NCBI GenBank assembly: GCA_965218585.1
Contig: CBDCLE010000024.1
Span: 160,001-224,000 of the forward strand
DNA from: Terriglobia bacterium
GTDB taxonomy: Bacteria; Acidobacteriota; Terriglobia; 20CM-2-55-15
Length of the DNA stretch: 64,000 nucleotides
Reading direction: 5' to 3'
This document shows, one piece after another, positions 44,156 through 53,720 of this stretch. How positions within the stretch are numbered: the stretch's first letter is position 1; every line of letters begins with the position of its first letter. Made by a program: the position numbers and the translations under genes. The notes beneath the pieces were generated by a model. It did no database searches. It was not told where the DNA came from and saw nothing but the letters and a program-made list of their open reading frames with translations.

Positions 44156-44316
44156 ATGAAGATAGCGGTTTCCATACCCGACGAAGTGTTTAAAGAAGCT
44201 GATCGTCTGGCCAAACGTCTGCATATGTCGAGGAACGAAGTCTACAGCCGCGCGTTGGCCGAGTACATCGTTCGTCACGGAATCAATCACGCTACGGAGT
44301 CGATGGATAAGGCCCT
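44156..44316 (+). pseudogene. RHH antitoxin (ChpI/MazE6-like), truncated by IS21
   Basis: MKIAVSIPDEVFKEADRLAKRLHMSRNEVYSRALAEY. Confidence 0.75.
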
Positions 44317-44416
44317 CCTCGGCGGTCACCCAAAACCGGCCAATGGTGGTCACCTGAAAACCGGCCAACGATAGAGGCCCGGGACATTGACAGCAGGCGG
44401 AGTAATCTCCGTCGGC

Positions 44417-46033
44417 ATGAGCAATGTCTTGAGCACAGAAAAGAGAGAACAAGTTGTTGCATTGGGGCGGCTTGGATGGCCGCTGCGTCGGATTGAACAG
44501 ACCACTGGCGTTCGCCGTGAGACGGCCAGTGGGTATCTGAGAGCGGCCGGAATCCCCGTACGGCCGCCCGGTAGCTGGGGCCGGCGACCGGCAAAACCGG
44601 CCAACGAGGTGACCACCGACCCGGACGGCGTAAGTGGTGTCGTTGAAAGGGTTGGCGATTCCGATATTTCAAAACCGGCCAACGAAGTGACCACCGACTC
44701 GGAGGCCGAGAATCCGGTCCCGGCAGAGTCGTCGAGCCCACCGTCGAGCAGTTCCTGCGAGCCGTACCGGGAGACGATCGAACAGGCGCTGGAGCGTGGC
44801 CGCAACGCGATGGCGATCTGGCAGGACCTGGTTACGGATCATGGCTTTGCCAGCAGCTACGAAGCGGTCAAGCGGTTCGTTCGCAAACTCCGGGGCGTGC
44901 GGTCTCCCGTAGCGGTCGGCATCATCCAAACCGACCCTGGAGAAGAAGCCCAGGTCGACTACGGAACCGGACCCATGGTTCGGGATCCGAAGACCGGCAA
45001 GTACCGGCGGACCCGGCTGTTCGTGATGACGCTGGGCTACAGCCGCAAATCCGTGCGGTTGCTGAGCTTCAAATCCAGTTCCCTTATCTGGGCCCAGCTG
45101 CACGAGACCGCGTTCCGGCGCCTGGGTGGCAGTCCCCGTCTCATGATCCTGGACAACCTGCGCGAGGGTGTGATCGACCCGGAGTATTACGACCCCACGC
45201 TGAATCCGCTGTTCCGGGATGTGCTGGCTCACTACGGCGTGGTGGCCCTGCCATGCCGGGTGCGCGACCCAGACCGCAAAGGGAAAGTGGAGTCCGGGGT
45301 GGGACACGCCCAGAAGACCCCACTGAAGGGACAGCGCTTCGAGAGCCTCGAGGAGGCTCAGGCGTATCTGGACCGGTGGGCCGACACCCGCATCCACGGC
45401 ACGACCAAGCGGCAGGTGGGGGCCATGTTCGCTGAAGAGAAGCCGTCGCTAAAGCGGCTGCCGATCGAACCCTTCCGCTACTACAAGTACGGGCAGCGTG
45501 TCGTCCATCTCGACGGTTGTGTGGAAGTCGAAGCGGCCTATTACGGTTTACCGCCCGGTTGGATCGGACGAACGGTCAAAGTGCAGTGGGACACTCTCCA
45601 CGTCCGGATCCTCGACCCGAACACCTATCAACTCCTGCGGGAGCATGTCCGTCAAAAACGCGGTGGATATCGTGTCCGCCCCGAAGACAATCCCAAAAAG
45701 ACGCCCCTAACTACCGTGCAACTGCTCGCCCGCGCCCGCCGCGCCGGAACCCATATCGGCACGCTATGTGAGGGGATTCATCGCCGACAGGGGAAGGCTG
45801 CGGTCCGCCGCATCCTGGGTGTACTCTCCCTGGCCAAGAGGTACGGTGTGTCCGCCGTCGAGGATGCTTCGGCTGTGGCACTGGAACTCCACGTCTACGA
45901 GTATCGTTTCCTCCGCCGCTATCTGGAGCGGCGACCTCCACTCGCACTCCGTCAGGTCGATCCTCTCATTCGTGAACTGACCCAGTATCGCGATCTCATC
46001 AACCTCAAGATCCAGGAGCAGGAACAATCATGA
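44417..46033 (+). CDS. istA: IS21 transposase IstA
   Basis: PGEEAQVDYG, DNLREGV, KGKVESGV, RIHGTT. Confidence 0.93.
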   Translation: MSNVLSTEKREQVVALGRLGWPLRRIEQTTGVRRETASGYLRAAGIPVRPPGSWGRRPAKPANEVTTDPDGVSGVVERVGDSDISKPANEVTTDSEAENPVPAESSSPPSSSSCEPYRETIEQALERGRNAMAIWQDLVTDHGFASSYEAVKRFVRKLRGVRSPVAVGIIQTDPGEEAQVDYGTGPMVRDPKTGKYRRTRLFVMTLGYSRKSVRLLSFKSSSLIWAQLHETAFRRLGGSPRLMILDNLREGVIDPEYYDPTLNPLFRDVLAHYGVVALPCRVRDPDRKGKVESGVGHAQKTPLKGQRFESLEEAQAYLDRWADTRIHGTTKRQVGAMFAEEKPSLKRLPIEPFRYYKYGQRVVHLDGCVEVEAAYYGLPPGWIGRTVKVQWDTLHVRILDPNTYQLLREHVRQKRGGYRVRPEDNPKKTPLTTVQLLARARRAGTHIGTLCEGIHRRQGKAAVRRILGVLSLAKRYGVSAVEDASAVALELHVYEYRFLRRYLERRPPLALRQVDPLIRELTQYRDLINLKIQEQEQS

Positions 46034-46785
46034 ATCTCATTGAACTCCAGCGGGCTCTCCGACAACTCCGTCTCGGCGGCATCGCCGAGGTCCTGGAAAC
46101 ACGACTCCACCAGGCCCAGACCGAACCCATGGCGCCGATCGATCTGGTCTCCCGCCTAGTCTCCGACGAACTGGACCGTCGCAGCATCCGACTGCTGGAA
46201 CGCCGGCGGAAGCAAGCCCGGTTCCGCGATCCCCACAAGACGCTGGACAGCTTCGACTTCACTTTCAACAAGAAGATGAATCGCAGTCTGGTCTTCGATC
46301 TGGCCACGGCCGCATTCATCTCCAGACACGAAGACGCCTTGTTTCTCGGTCCACCCGGCACCGGCAAGAGTCATCTGGCTCAGGCCATCGGTCTGGCCGC
46401 CATCGAGCAAGGCTATCGGGTCGTCTACCGTGAAACCCATGCCCTTCTCGACGACATCGCCGAAGCCACCATCGACGGGACCCGTAAGGAGTTTATGGAG
46501 GCTCTGGCCACGGTCCCGTTGCTGATCATCGACGACCTGGGGATACGGAAGCTCCCCCCGACTGCAGCAGAGGAACTTCTCGAGATCGTTATGCGACGGT
46601 ATGAACGAACCAGCACGTTACTGACATCGAATCGGCCCGTCGAAGACTGGGGCAAACTACTCGGCGACAGCGCGGCTGTGACTGCGATGCTGGATCGGTT
46701 GCTCCATCACGGCCACATCCTCAAGTGCGGGCCTCGGAGTTGGCGCACCAAAACGGGCTTGCCGACTCCCCCACGAAAGGGGTAG
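46030..46785 (+). CDS. istB: IS21 helper ATPase IstB
   Basis: GPPGTGKS, LLIIDDLG, TSNRP..DW, LDRLLH. Confidence 0.94.
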   Translation: MNLIELQRALRQLRLGGIAEVLETRLHQAQTEPMAPIDLVSRLVSDELDRRSIRLLERRRKQARFRDPHKTLDSFDFTFNKKMNRSLVFDLATAAFISRHEDALFLGPPGTGKSHLAQAIGLAAIEQGYRVVYRETHALLDDIAEATIDGTRKEFMEALATVPLLIIDDLGIRKLPPTAAEELLEIVMRRYERTSTLLTSNRPVEDWGKLLGDSAAVTAMLDRLLHHGHILKCGPRSWRTKTGLPTPPRKG

Positions 46786-46839
46786 AACTACACCGTCCCG
46801 GGCCATGCCCGTTGGCCGGTTTTGAAGTGACCACTGAGG

Positions 46840-47486
46840 ACTGGGAAGCGGCAGGAGAGGCAATGGAACGGACGCTTACGCTGCGTCCCAATTTCGCAGA
46901 GGCCCGCGCCTACTATTCGCATTTCCTCGTGATCGTGAACCGACCGCAGGACGCGGTTCTTCAGATGGAGCTCGCTATCGAGTTGGATCCATACAATGAA
47001 CTGATTCGATCGCTTTACGGTATGGTGCTGGCCGCGGCAGGGTACTCTGACCGAGCGATAGCGGACCTTCAGATTGCCTAACGCACTTCCCCTGGCAATC
47101 CGGTGATAAGGCGGGGGCTGTTTTTTGCGTTCTGCGCGAAAGGTATGTTTGCCGATGCGCTCGCTGCTCTGAGGACTGGCTATGCTGCGCTCGGCGACGA
47201 TGAGGTTGTTGCGGCTCTGGAACCGGGCACGGGCTATGCCGATGCGTTATGCCGGACGGCAGAGATGCTCGCTGACCGAGCGCGCTTGCGATATTCTTCC
47301 CCCTCCGATATTGCCTGGCTTTACGTCGCTGCTGGGGAAACGCAAGAAGCGCTCGAATGGTTCGAAGTCGGCTTTGAGCAGCGCGACCCCGACATCCCCT
47401 ACATTCGTGTTTGGTTCAATGAGTCGCTCCGCGATGAGCCACGATACCAGGCCATCGTGCGTCGTCTGAACTTCCCCTCCGAGTAA
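46840..47486 (+). pseudogene. TPR-containing C-terminal remnant of a kinase/cyclase-type signalling protein
   Basis: LRPNFAEARAYYS, AIELDP, EALEWFE.GFEQRDP, SLRDEPRYQAIVRRLNFP; in-frame stop at 47079-47081; 5' part missing. Confidence 0.75.
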
Positions 47487-47599
47487 ACCTTCCAAACCCG
47501 TCGCCCGTCAAAAGGGAACGAGAAGCCATACGACGTGTCAGCGGCGCACAGTGCTCGACTGACTGAACGAATCGCTATAACGGTCAGACCAGGCTTGGA

Positions 47600-47629
47600 G
47601 AACTGAAGGAGCGGGTGCCCGTGCCGTAA
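47600..47629 (+). pseudogene. Kinase C-terminal remnant
   Basis: ELKERVPVP*. Confidence 0.7.
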
Positions 47630-47664
47630 AGTAGGTCGTCCATCCCTGCCTAGCGATGAAATCC

Positions 47665-47706
47665 ATGCTCGAGTGCTGTTAAATCATCTTGTTGGACGTT
47701 GAGAAT
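47665..47706. repeat. 42-bp palindromic site, copy 3
   Basis: ATGCTCGAGTGCTGTTA-AATCATCT-TGTTGGACGTTGAGAAT. Confidence 0.85.
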
Positions 47707-47754
47707 TGGCCTAGATACGGGCGCCAACCTTCTGATTGCTTTACAAATTCCTCT

Positions 47755-49120
47755 GAGGTCGTTCCAATCGGTGTGTAAAAAGAGAAGGCGGTGTACGCTT
47801 TCGGTGAATTCGGAACCGTAAGCAATCCCGGCAGCAATCGGGAGAAAGGTACACCACCCATGAAGAAGAAGAACATACCGGCATCAGTGGCGTCAACGAA
47901 CGCGTATGAAGGTTTGGAGGACTGGGCGCGATCCCGGGTCCAAGTCTGGCTACAGGAGCTGCTCGAGGACGAAGTCACTCAATTTCTGGGTCGGGAAAAG
48001 TCGGAGCGGAGTCCGAATCGACGAGGATACCGGAACGGTCACGGGAAGCCGCGACGCTTCGCAATGATGAACGGTACGATGGAGGTTCGACGACCTCGGG
48101 TTCGAAACACCGCCGAGCGGTTCGAGAGTCAGATCCTGCCGTATTTTCGACGGAAATCGAAACAGCTGGGCGAGCTACTTCCCGATCTCTACCTCCACGG
48201 TCTGGCCACAGGGGACTTCGAGCAGGCCATGCGCGGACTGCTTGGCGCTGGCGCTCCGTTGTCGCGAGCATCGATCCAACGACTGAAATCGGCCTGGCAG
48301 TTGGAGTATGACGAGTGGGTCCAGCAGGACCTGTCCGGCCTCGAGGTCGTGTACCAGTGGGCAGACGGCTTGTACGTGAAAGCCGGGGATCGCGAAAGAG
48401 CGAGCGGCATTGCTGGTGATCATCGGAGCCTTGTCAGACGGGCGCAAAGTGGTGTTGGCCTGTGAGAGCGGGCAGCGGGAAAGCAAGGAGTCCTGGAGCC
48501 GCATTCTGCGCAATCTCCAGAGACGGGGCCTGAAGCTGGGACGGCTGACTGTCGCGGACGGTCACCTGGGCATCTGGTCCGCGCTGGCCGAGCAACAGCC
48601 CCAGGGCCAGGAACAACGCTGCTGGAACCACAAGTCGATCAACGTGGTCGATCATCTGCCGAAGACCGAGCAGCCCGCGGCCAGACAGCTGCTTCATGGG
48701 ATGGCCTTCGCGAACTCCCGCGCGGCCTGCGAACGAAAGCGGGATCAGTTCGTCCGCCGATATGAGAAGAACTATCCCAAAGCGGGTGAGACGCTGTTGC
48801 GGGACTGGGACCGGATGATTACTTTCTATGAGTTCCCGAAACAACACTGGGTGCATCTGAGAACAACCAACATCGTCGAATCGCCCTTCGACATGGTTCG
48901 CCTCCGCACCAACGCCGCTCGCCGATTCAAGCGTGTCGAGAATGCAACGGCAATGATCTGGAAGCTACTACGTGTCGCTGAGAAGGCTTGGCGACACTTA
49001 AAAGGATCCGAACTCTTACAAGAGGTCTATGATGGTCAGCAATTCGCTGACGGCATCAGAGTCGTGATGAAATCGAAGGCCGCCGCCTGATGACTTTTAC
49101 ACACCTTTTGTAATGACCTC
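47755..49120 (+). mobile_element. IS256-family element type B, copy 3
   Basis: Same IRs; 8-bp duplication ATTCCTCT at 47747-47754 and 49121-49128; 1 bp longer than the other copies. Confidence 0.94.
47860..49090 (+). pseudogene. IS256 type B transposase with a +1 frameshift near 48383
   Basis: AAGCCGGGGATC here versus AAGCGGGGATC in the other two copies. Confidence 0.8.
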
Positions 49121-49187
49121 ATTCCTCTCTTAGTATTCCTTACCGAGTCTTGCGCGGTTTTCGCGACACTCCATAACCCTGTCAAGA

Positions 49188-50222
49188 TCAATCGGTTAGG
49201 AAATGATACATTCCGAGAACGTTCAGGCCCACCCACTCGAAACCGGCCCAGTGACTGTACTCCTCCATCTTGATATCTTGCTGCATCTCCTCCAAAGACT
49301 GACCTGCGGTGATTCCGGCCCCAACCTGGTCTCGCAGCTTCTCCATGTATTCCCGCCACGCTCTGACGTCTTCCCGGGTACCGACCGGCCCGTGGCCTGG
49401 CGCAACGAAATCAAAGTCTGTTGCCAGCTGCTCCGCTTCTATGATTGCTGCCATCCACTCTTGGAACATCCCATCCTCGTAGTCCATTTCCCTGAACGGA
49501 AGCCGCCCGAACGTGACGTAGTCGACGACGAACATCACGTCGTCGTCAGGAAAAGTGATCATGCTTGAATCCATTGAGTGATTCATCTCGCCAACCCAGC
49601 TCATGTTCACCCGTTTGCCGCCCAAGCGGATCTGAATCTCGTCTTCATAGGTGATGTCCGGGGGGCGCACGAAGCTCACGGGTCCGCGCACAACTTCCGC
49701 GCCACTGAGCACGCCGTCCTTGTTCGCATCGAATCTAGCAAACTGATTTACATCCCCCACCTCGCTCTCCTCTACGGTGCCGTTACCATTGCTATCCAAC
49801 GCCGCCACCGGTGCATACTGCCCGACCACTTGGGACAGAGTGGTAAGAGCCGGTGGCATCGCCAGGTGTGACAGCATGTTGGTATGACCTACAAACCGGG
49901 CGGTATCTTGAAAGACGTCCCCGCCGGAGGCGTGGTCCCAGTGGTAGTGGCTGTAGATTACGTATCTGACGGGGACCCCGAAGCGGTCGCTGAATTCCTG
50001 CTTCAGCCACATCGCGAAATCGGTATTGATCGGGTCTGCCAGGACAATGCCCTCCGGCGTGACCAAGAAAACGGTGCCGTGGTTGTTGTTCATGGCCCTG
50101 TAGACGCCACCGGAAATGTGGCTAATAGACCGATTCGGTGCCGATTGGCCAACGCCCTCGGACGCAAGTACCACCGTTAGGACCAAGCCCACGAAAACCA
50201 TTCTTATCGTACTGATACGCAT
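49188..50222 (-). CDS. Secreted MBL-fold metallo-hydrolase with an EF-hand insertion
   Basis: Signal peptide, SHYHWDH, PGHG; DSNGNGTVEESE and DANKDGVLSGAE loops. Confidence 0.85.
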   Translation of the reverse strand: MRISTIRMVFVGLVLTVVLASEGVGQSAPNRSISHISGGVYRAMNNNHGTVFLVTPEGIVLADPINTDFAMWLKQEFSDRFGVPVRYVIYSHYHWDHASGGDVFQDTARFVGHTNMLSHLAMPPALTTLSQVVGQYAPVAALDSNGNGTVEESEVGDVNQFARFDANKDGVLSGAEVVRGPVSFVRPPDITYEDEIQIRLGGKRVNMSWVGEMNHSMDSSMITFPDDDVMFVVDYVTFGRLPFREMDYEDGMFQEWMAAIIEAEQLATDFDFVAPGHGPVGTREDVRAWREYMEKLRDQVGAGITAGQSLEEMQQDIKMEEYSHWAGFEWVGLNVLGMYHFLTD

Positions 50223-50300
50223 CTGGGTCTCCTCGTTCAACAGCAAGACCGCGCTGTGCTGTACTTTCTAGTTACTTGAACATGGGCACGGCTGATTCGA

Positions 50301-50318
50301 CGGGTGCCGGTACCGTAA
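50301..50318 (+). pseudogene. Kinase C-terminal remnant (very short)
   Basis: CGGGTGCCGGTACCGTAA = RVPVP*, 60 bp before palindrome copy 4. Confidence 0.55.
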
Positions 50319-50378
50319 TTCTTTAAGGCTAACTCCCGATCATCTTCGCTGACACTAAAAACCCCATCTTTTAGCCCT

Positions 50379-50420
50379 TTTTTCACTGTCCGAGAAGATC
50401 GTTTGCGAGGACTTGAGAAT
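50379..50420. repeat. 42-bp palindromic site, copy 4 (diverged)
   Basis: TTTTTCACTGTCCGAGA-AGATCGTT-TGCGAGGACTTGAGAAT. Confidence 0.75.
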
Positions 50421-50677
50421 TGCGTGCCGTTAACTCAGGACAATTCTCGATGTTAGACGCCCGATGAATTAGGGGAGGTTTTCAGAACTCCAACTCTTGA
50501 AATGCGCGGCTTAGCGCCTCGGTGATAGCCACGTCGAATGGCCCATCCGCCACGTTATCGCGCGATCAACTGGGGCGAGTTTTTTAGAAAGCGCGCGGCC
50601 GGCGACTACGCGGATTACGGCGACGAGATTCAGATCAGCCACCACTACGCATAGCGCCAACGGCAAAGGGGGACTCG

Positions 50678-52132
50678 TCAGTCCCCTCTTGTCACCTGAC
50701 CGATGAAGTCGACGATTACCGTCGAAACGCTCTCATCGGCCGTGCCGAGCGCGAGCAACTGTGACGAATGATTGTGTCCCAGGCTCTGCGCATAGCGCGG
50801 CATGACGCCATGCTCAACGACGAGCTCGTGCAACAGAATGGCCAATGAGCGCGTGTAGCGCGGCGCATCCCATTCCGCCGTCGTAAACAACACCGGAATA
50901 TCGGTGCTGCTGACATTGCCGGGGACGACGCGCTCGGCATACGCCGACGCATCCTCGCCAAAATACGCGCGCTCACCGGGCGTCGGATTGTCGAAATCGA
51001 ACGTATACGGGCCCGACATGAGGATCGCGCCGGCCGCGCGGATCGTGCCGGGCGGCATGAGCTCGGGCCTGAACACGTAAGTCGCCGAATGAAAGGAGCC
51101 CGTCGAGAGGCCCATGACGAATATCTGCTCCGGATCGCCGCCGTATTCATCGGCATGCTCGCTGAGCCAAGCCACGGCCGCGCCGACGTCTTGCGCGCCG
51201 GCAGGCCAAGGATGAGTTCCGGCGAGACGATAGTTCGACTTGACGCCGACTAGTCCTAAGCTTGCGAAATAGTTCGCAGCGGCCGCCGTTGATTCTTTGC
51301 TGCCGCCGATCAAGCCGCCGCCGTGAAAGACGACAATGACGGGCACGGGATCGTTCGAGTTGCGCGCCGTCGCCGTGTGAATGTCGAGTTGCTGGCGCTC
51401 GTGCGAGCCATAGGCGAGCCCTTCCACGACTTCGATCTCAGCCGCTTCGTAGAGGGTTGGTACGGGCGCCACGATCTGAGCCGTCTCGCCCGCGATCGGT
51501 CCATCGAACACGCGCCCGAAAGCTGCGAGGCGCTCCGCGACATCGGCCGGCAGGCCTTCGCGCGCGACATCGGCCGTGCTTAAGCCTCGTTCATCGGGCG
51601 GCGAGAAGCGCAATGTCTGGAGGGCCTTGTACGCGTCATCGCAGCGCTCCAAGCTCACCGACCTGCTGTGATACACGGGCGTGATCAATACGGGCGTTCC
51701 CGCTACCGCTCCGGCGCCGCCGGCAAGCGACACGCACAGATCCGGTCGCGATTCGGGGCTCAGCCGCCCCCACTCGAAGCGCCACTGCTGCGTAGCGCTG
51801 TCGGTGCACTCGCTCGCGTGTAGCGTGGCGCCGGGCTCGAGCGCCGTGGCGGCCAGGCAGCGATCGTATTCGGGCAAGGTTATCGCGCGCGTCCCGTCGG
51901 TGCGTGCAAAGATCTGATCCCCGAGCTCCGCGCCATATTTGCACGTATGCACCTGCAGCGGTTCGTCGACTCTCGCGTTTTCTCCGAAACCCCGGATATC
52001 GAGGCAATAACCACGGGCTTCATCGAGCGCGTAGGTCGTACGCAATAATCCGACGTCATCGGCCCAAGCGATCTGTGTGCCGATCGCGATGAGGAACAAC
52101 GCGGCGCCGCAACGGTAACTCTTGTTCAACAT
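50678..52132 (-). CDS. Secreted ricin-type lectin domain + alpha/beta hydrolase fusion
   Basis: CLD..G, QxW/QxF repeats with Cys pairs; HGGG oxyanion motif, GLSTG nucleophile. Confidence 0.85.
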   Translation of the reverse strand: MLNKSYRCGAALFLIAIGTQIAWADDVGLLRTTYALDEARGYCLDIRGFGENARVDEPLQVHTCKYGAELGDQIFARTDGTRAITLPEYDRCLAATALEPGATLHASECTDSATQQWRFEWGRLSPESRPDLCVSLAGGAGAVAGTPVLITPVYHSRSVSLERCDDAYKALQTLRFSPPDERGLSTADVAREGLPADVAERLAAFGRVFDGPIAGETAQIVAPVPTLYEAAEIEVVEGLAYGSHERQQLDIHTATARNSNDPVPVIVVFHGGGLIGGSKESTAAAANYFASLGLVGVKSNYRLAGTHPWPAGAQDVGAAVAWLSEHADEYGGDPEQIFVMGLSTGSFHSATYVFRPELMPPGTIRAAGAILMSGPYTFDFDNPTPGERAYFGEDASAYAERVVPGNVSSTDIPVLFTTAEWDAPRYTRSLAILLHELVVEHGVMPRYAQSLGHNHSSQLLALGTADESVSTVIVDFIGQVTRGD

Positions 52133-52285
52133 GACCTTCCCCCTGGCTGCCTATTTGAACTGTGGGGCAGTTCACCTAACCGGCGTCACGCCAAGCTGTC
52201 GCATCCCGCCCCCAGCTTTCTATGTTCATATACCATAGCAACAAGCTGTCAGTTCGTTGCTAGAAAATCGAGGTCGGTGGACAAT

Positions 52286-52492
52286 ATGAAACGGGGACTC
52301 CTTATATCGTTGGTCTTCGTCTAGGCGCCGGCCGCCGCCCAGCAAAACGTGCCGTTTGCGAACGGCATCCCCGTCGCATCGGAGCTCAAGGTGTCGCCCG
52401 TGCCCAAGACCTGCGAGACCGCCGAAGGGCAGGATATCCGCGTCGCGGTCGTCGCGCGCGACCTCGCGAATTCCTACAGCTTCGCGTTCTGA
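52286..52492 (+). pseudogene. N-terminal remnant of a secreted protein, probably PQQ-dependent sugar dehydrogenase type
   Basis: Signal peptide with an internal stop, then QQNVPFANGIPVA...TAEGQDIRVAVVARDLAN..S.AF. Confidence 0.55.
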
Positions 52493-52797
52493 TCGTCAAC
52501 ATGGAAACGATCAATCAAGATCGTGTGCGGCTGCTCGATTCACCGGCTTACCCGAATGTCAGTGAGGCTTACGCTGAGACCTTCGACAGGCAAAAGAGAC
52601 TGGCAGGAACCTTCGATGTCTGGGTTTCATCACATGCCGGTCATTTCGGACTTCACGATAAATTCGAGCCTGGAGACTCTTACGATCCGGAGCGCTTCGT
52701 CGGGATCGACGAATATTTGGAACGCATTCAGCAGTACGAGCAGATCTATCAAGATAAGCTCAAACAAGAACGGCAAGATCGATTGACCAAAGAATGA
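52486..52797 (+). pseudogene. Subclass B3 metallo-beta-lactamase C-terminal remnant
   Basis: VLIVNM..IN, P.YP....Y..TF, DVWVSSHAGHFGLHDK..PGD.YDP.RFV; HxHxDH region absent. Confidence 0.7.
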
Positions 52798-52818
52798 GGT
52801 CAAGTCCTGAGAAATCAT

Positions 52819-52917
52819 GCCAGCTCAACCGGTCGCTGCAACACATGCATTAAATGTCTCTGCCGGAGTTGCGAACTCCAGAGTCTTGCGTGGCCGTTGG
52901 TTGAGCCTTCTTGCAAT
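52819..52917 (-). mobile_element. IS30-family remnant (transposase C-terminus and right end)
   Basis: Manual translation IARRLNQRPRKTLEFATPAETFNACVAATG*. Confidence 0.8.
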
Positions 52918-53017
52918 GAAACTAAGACTTGCCTTAGGTTCGCACCGGCTGATCCTTGACTTCAGGGCTGAGTGTGAAAACATGCTGGTCAAACAACATG
53001 TCAAAGGAGCCTGACCG

Positions 53018-53290
53018 ATGAGTGCGAAACGAAAGGTCGAGATTTTCAGTGCCGGTTGTCAGCCGTGTGCGGCCGCTGTCAAGCTTGTTCACAGCCTAGC
53101 AGGTGATGCCGACGAAGTAATCATCTTGGATATGCATGACCCCGACACTGCCGTCCGAGCCAAAGAATACAGAATCGAAAGGCTCCCTGCTGTGTTCGTA
53201 AATGGTCATCCTGCCGATTGTTGCGCAGGCGTCGGCGATGGAGTGAGTGAACAAGCTCTCAGGAATGCGGGTGTCGGCAAAGCGCTCTGA
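53018..53290 (+). CDS. Small thioredoxin/glutaredoxin-fold protein
   Basis: VEIFSAGCQPC, PAVFVNG, C-terminal CC; AAGGAG RBS. Confidence 0.85.
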   Translation: MSAKRKVEIFSAGCQPCAAAVKLVHSLAGDADEVIILDMHDPDTAVRAKEYRIERLPAVFVNGHPADCCAGVGDGVSEQALRNAGVGKAL

Positions 53291-53513
53291 AGTCGAGGAT
53301 CGACGTAGCGGCCCGGATAACTGCTGCCATTAGAGGAAAACATCCCATGAGCGAAGAACTTCGAGACAGACAGATTTCGGAAATCATCAAGCTCCTCCAA
53401 AGAATCGCTGAAGCACTTGAAAGAACAGCTGAAATAGAACACTTAGAACACACTGACACTTGAAAAATGGCGAAATCGACGGAAGCTGCCGTTATTGGGA
53501 CTAAGGAGCACAG

Positions 53514-53543
53514 AACTGATTCGAGGAACTGAAGGAACGGGTG
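53514..53543 (+). pseudogene. Kinase C-terminal remnant
   Basis: N*FEELKERV directly before palindrome copy 5. Confidence 0.7.
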
Positions 53544-53549
53544 ATTGTG

Positions 53550-53648
53550 GAGGTCAAGTCCTGAGAAATCATCTTGTCGGACGTTGAGCATTGGCGAATT
53601 ACTGAGGTTTTTCAACGTCCGGAAAGTCGTTTGTCAGGACTTGAGAGT
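53550..53648. repeat. Inverted pair of palindromic sites (copies 5 and 6)
   Basis: GAGGTCAAGTCCTGAGA-AATCATCT-TGTCGGACGTTGAGCAT (53550-53591) and TTTTTCAACGTCCGGAA-AGTCGTT-TGTCAGGACTTGAGAGT (53608-53648). Confidence 0.8.
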
Positions 53649-53720
53649 TTTCTTGCGTATAAATCCCATCTGTAGTCAGATTTACGCACCTTACGGTCCG
53701 CTTCGACATACACTAAAAGA

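Larger units (their letters stand above)
44317..46839 (+). mobile_element. IS21-family element 2
   Basis: IRs CCTCGGCGGTCACCCAAAACCGGCCAA / TTGGCCGGTTTTGAAGTGACCACTGAGG; no target duplication. Confidence 0.9.
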
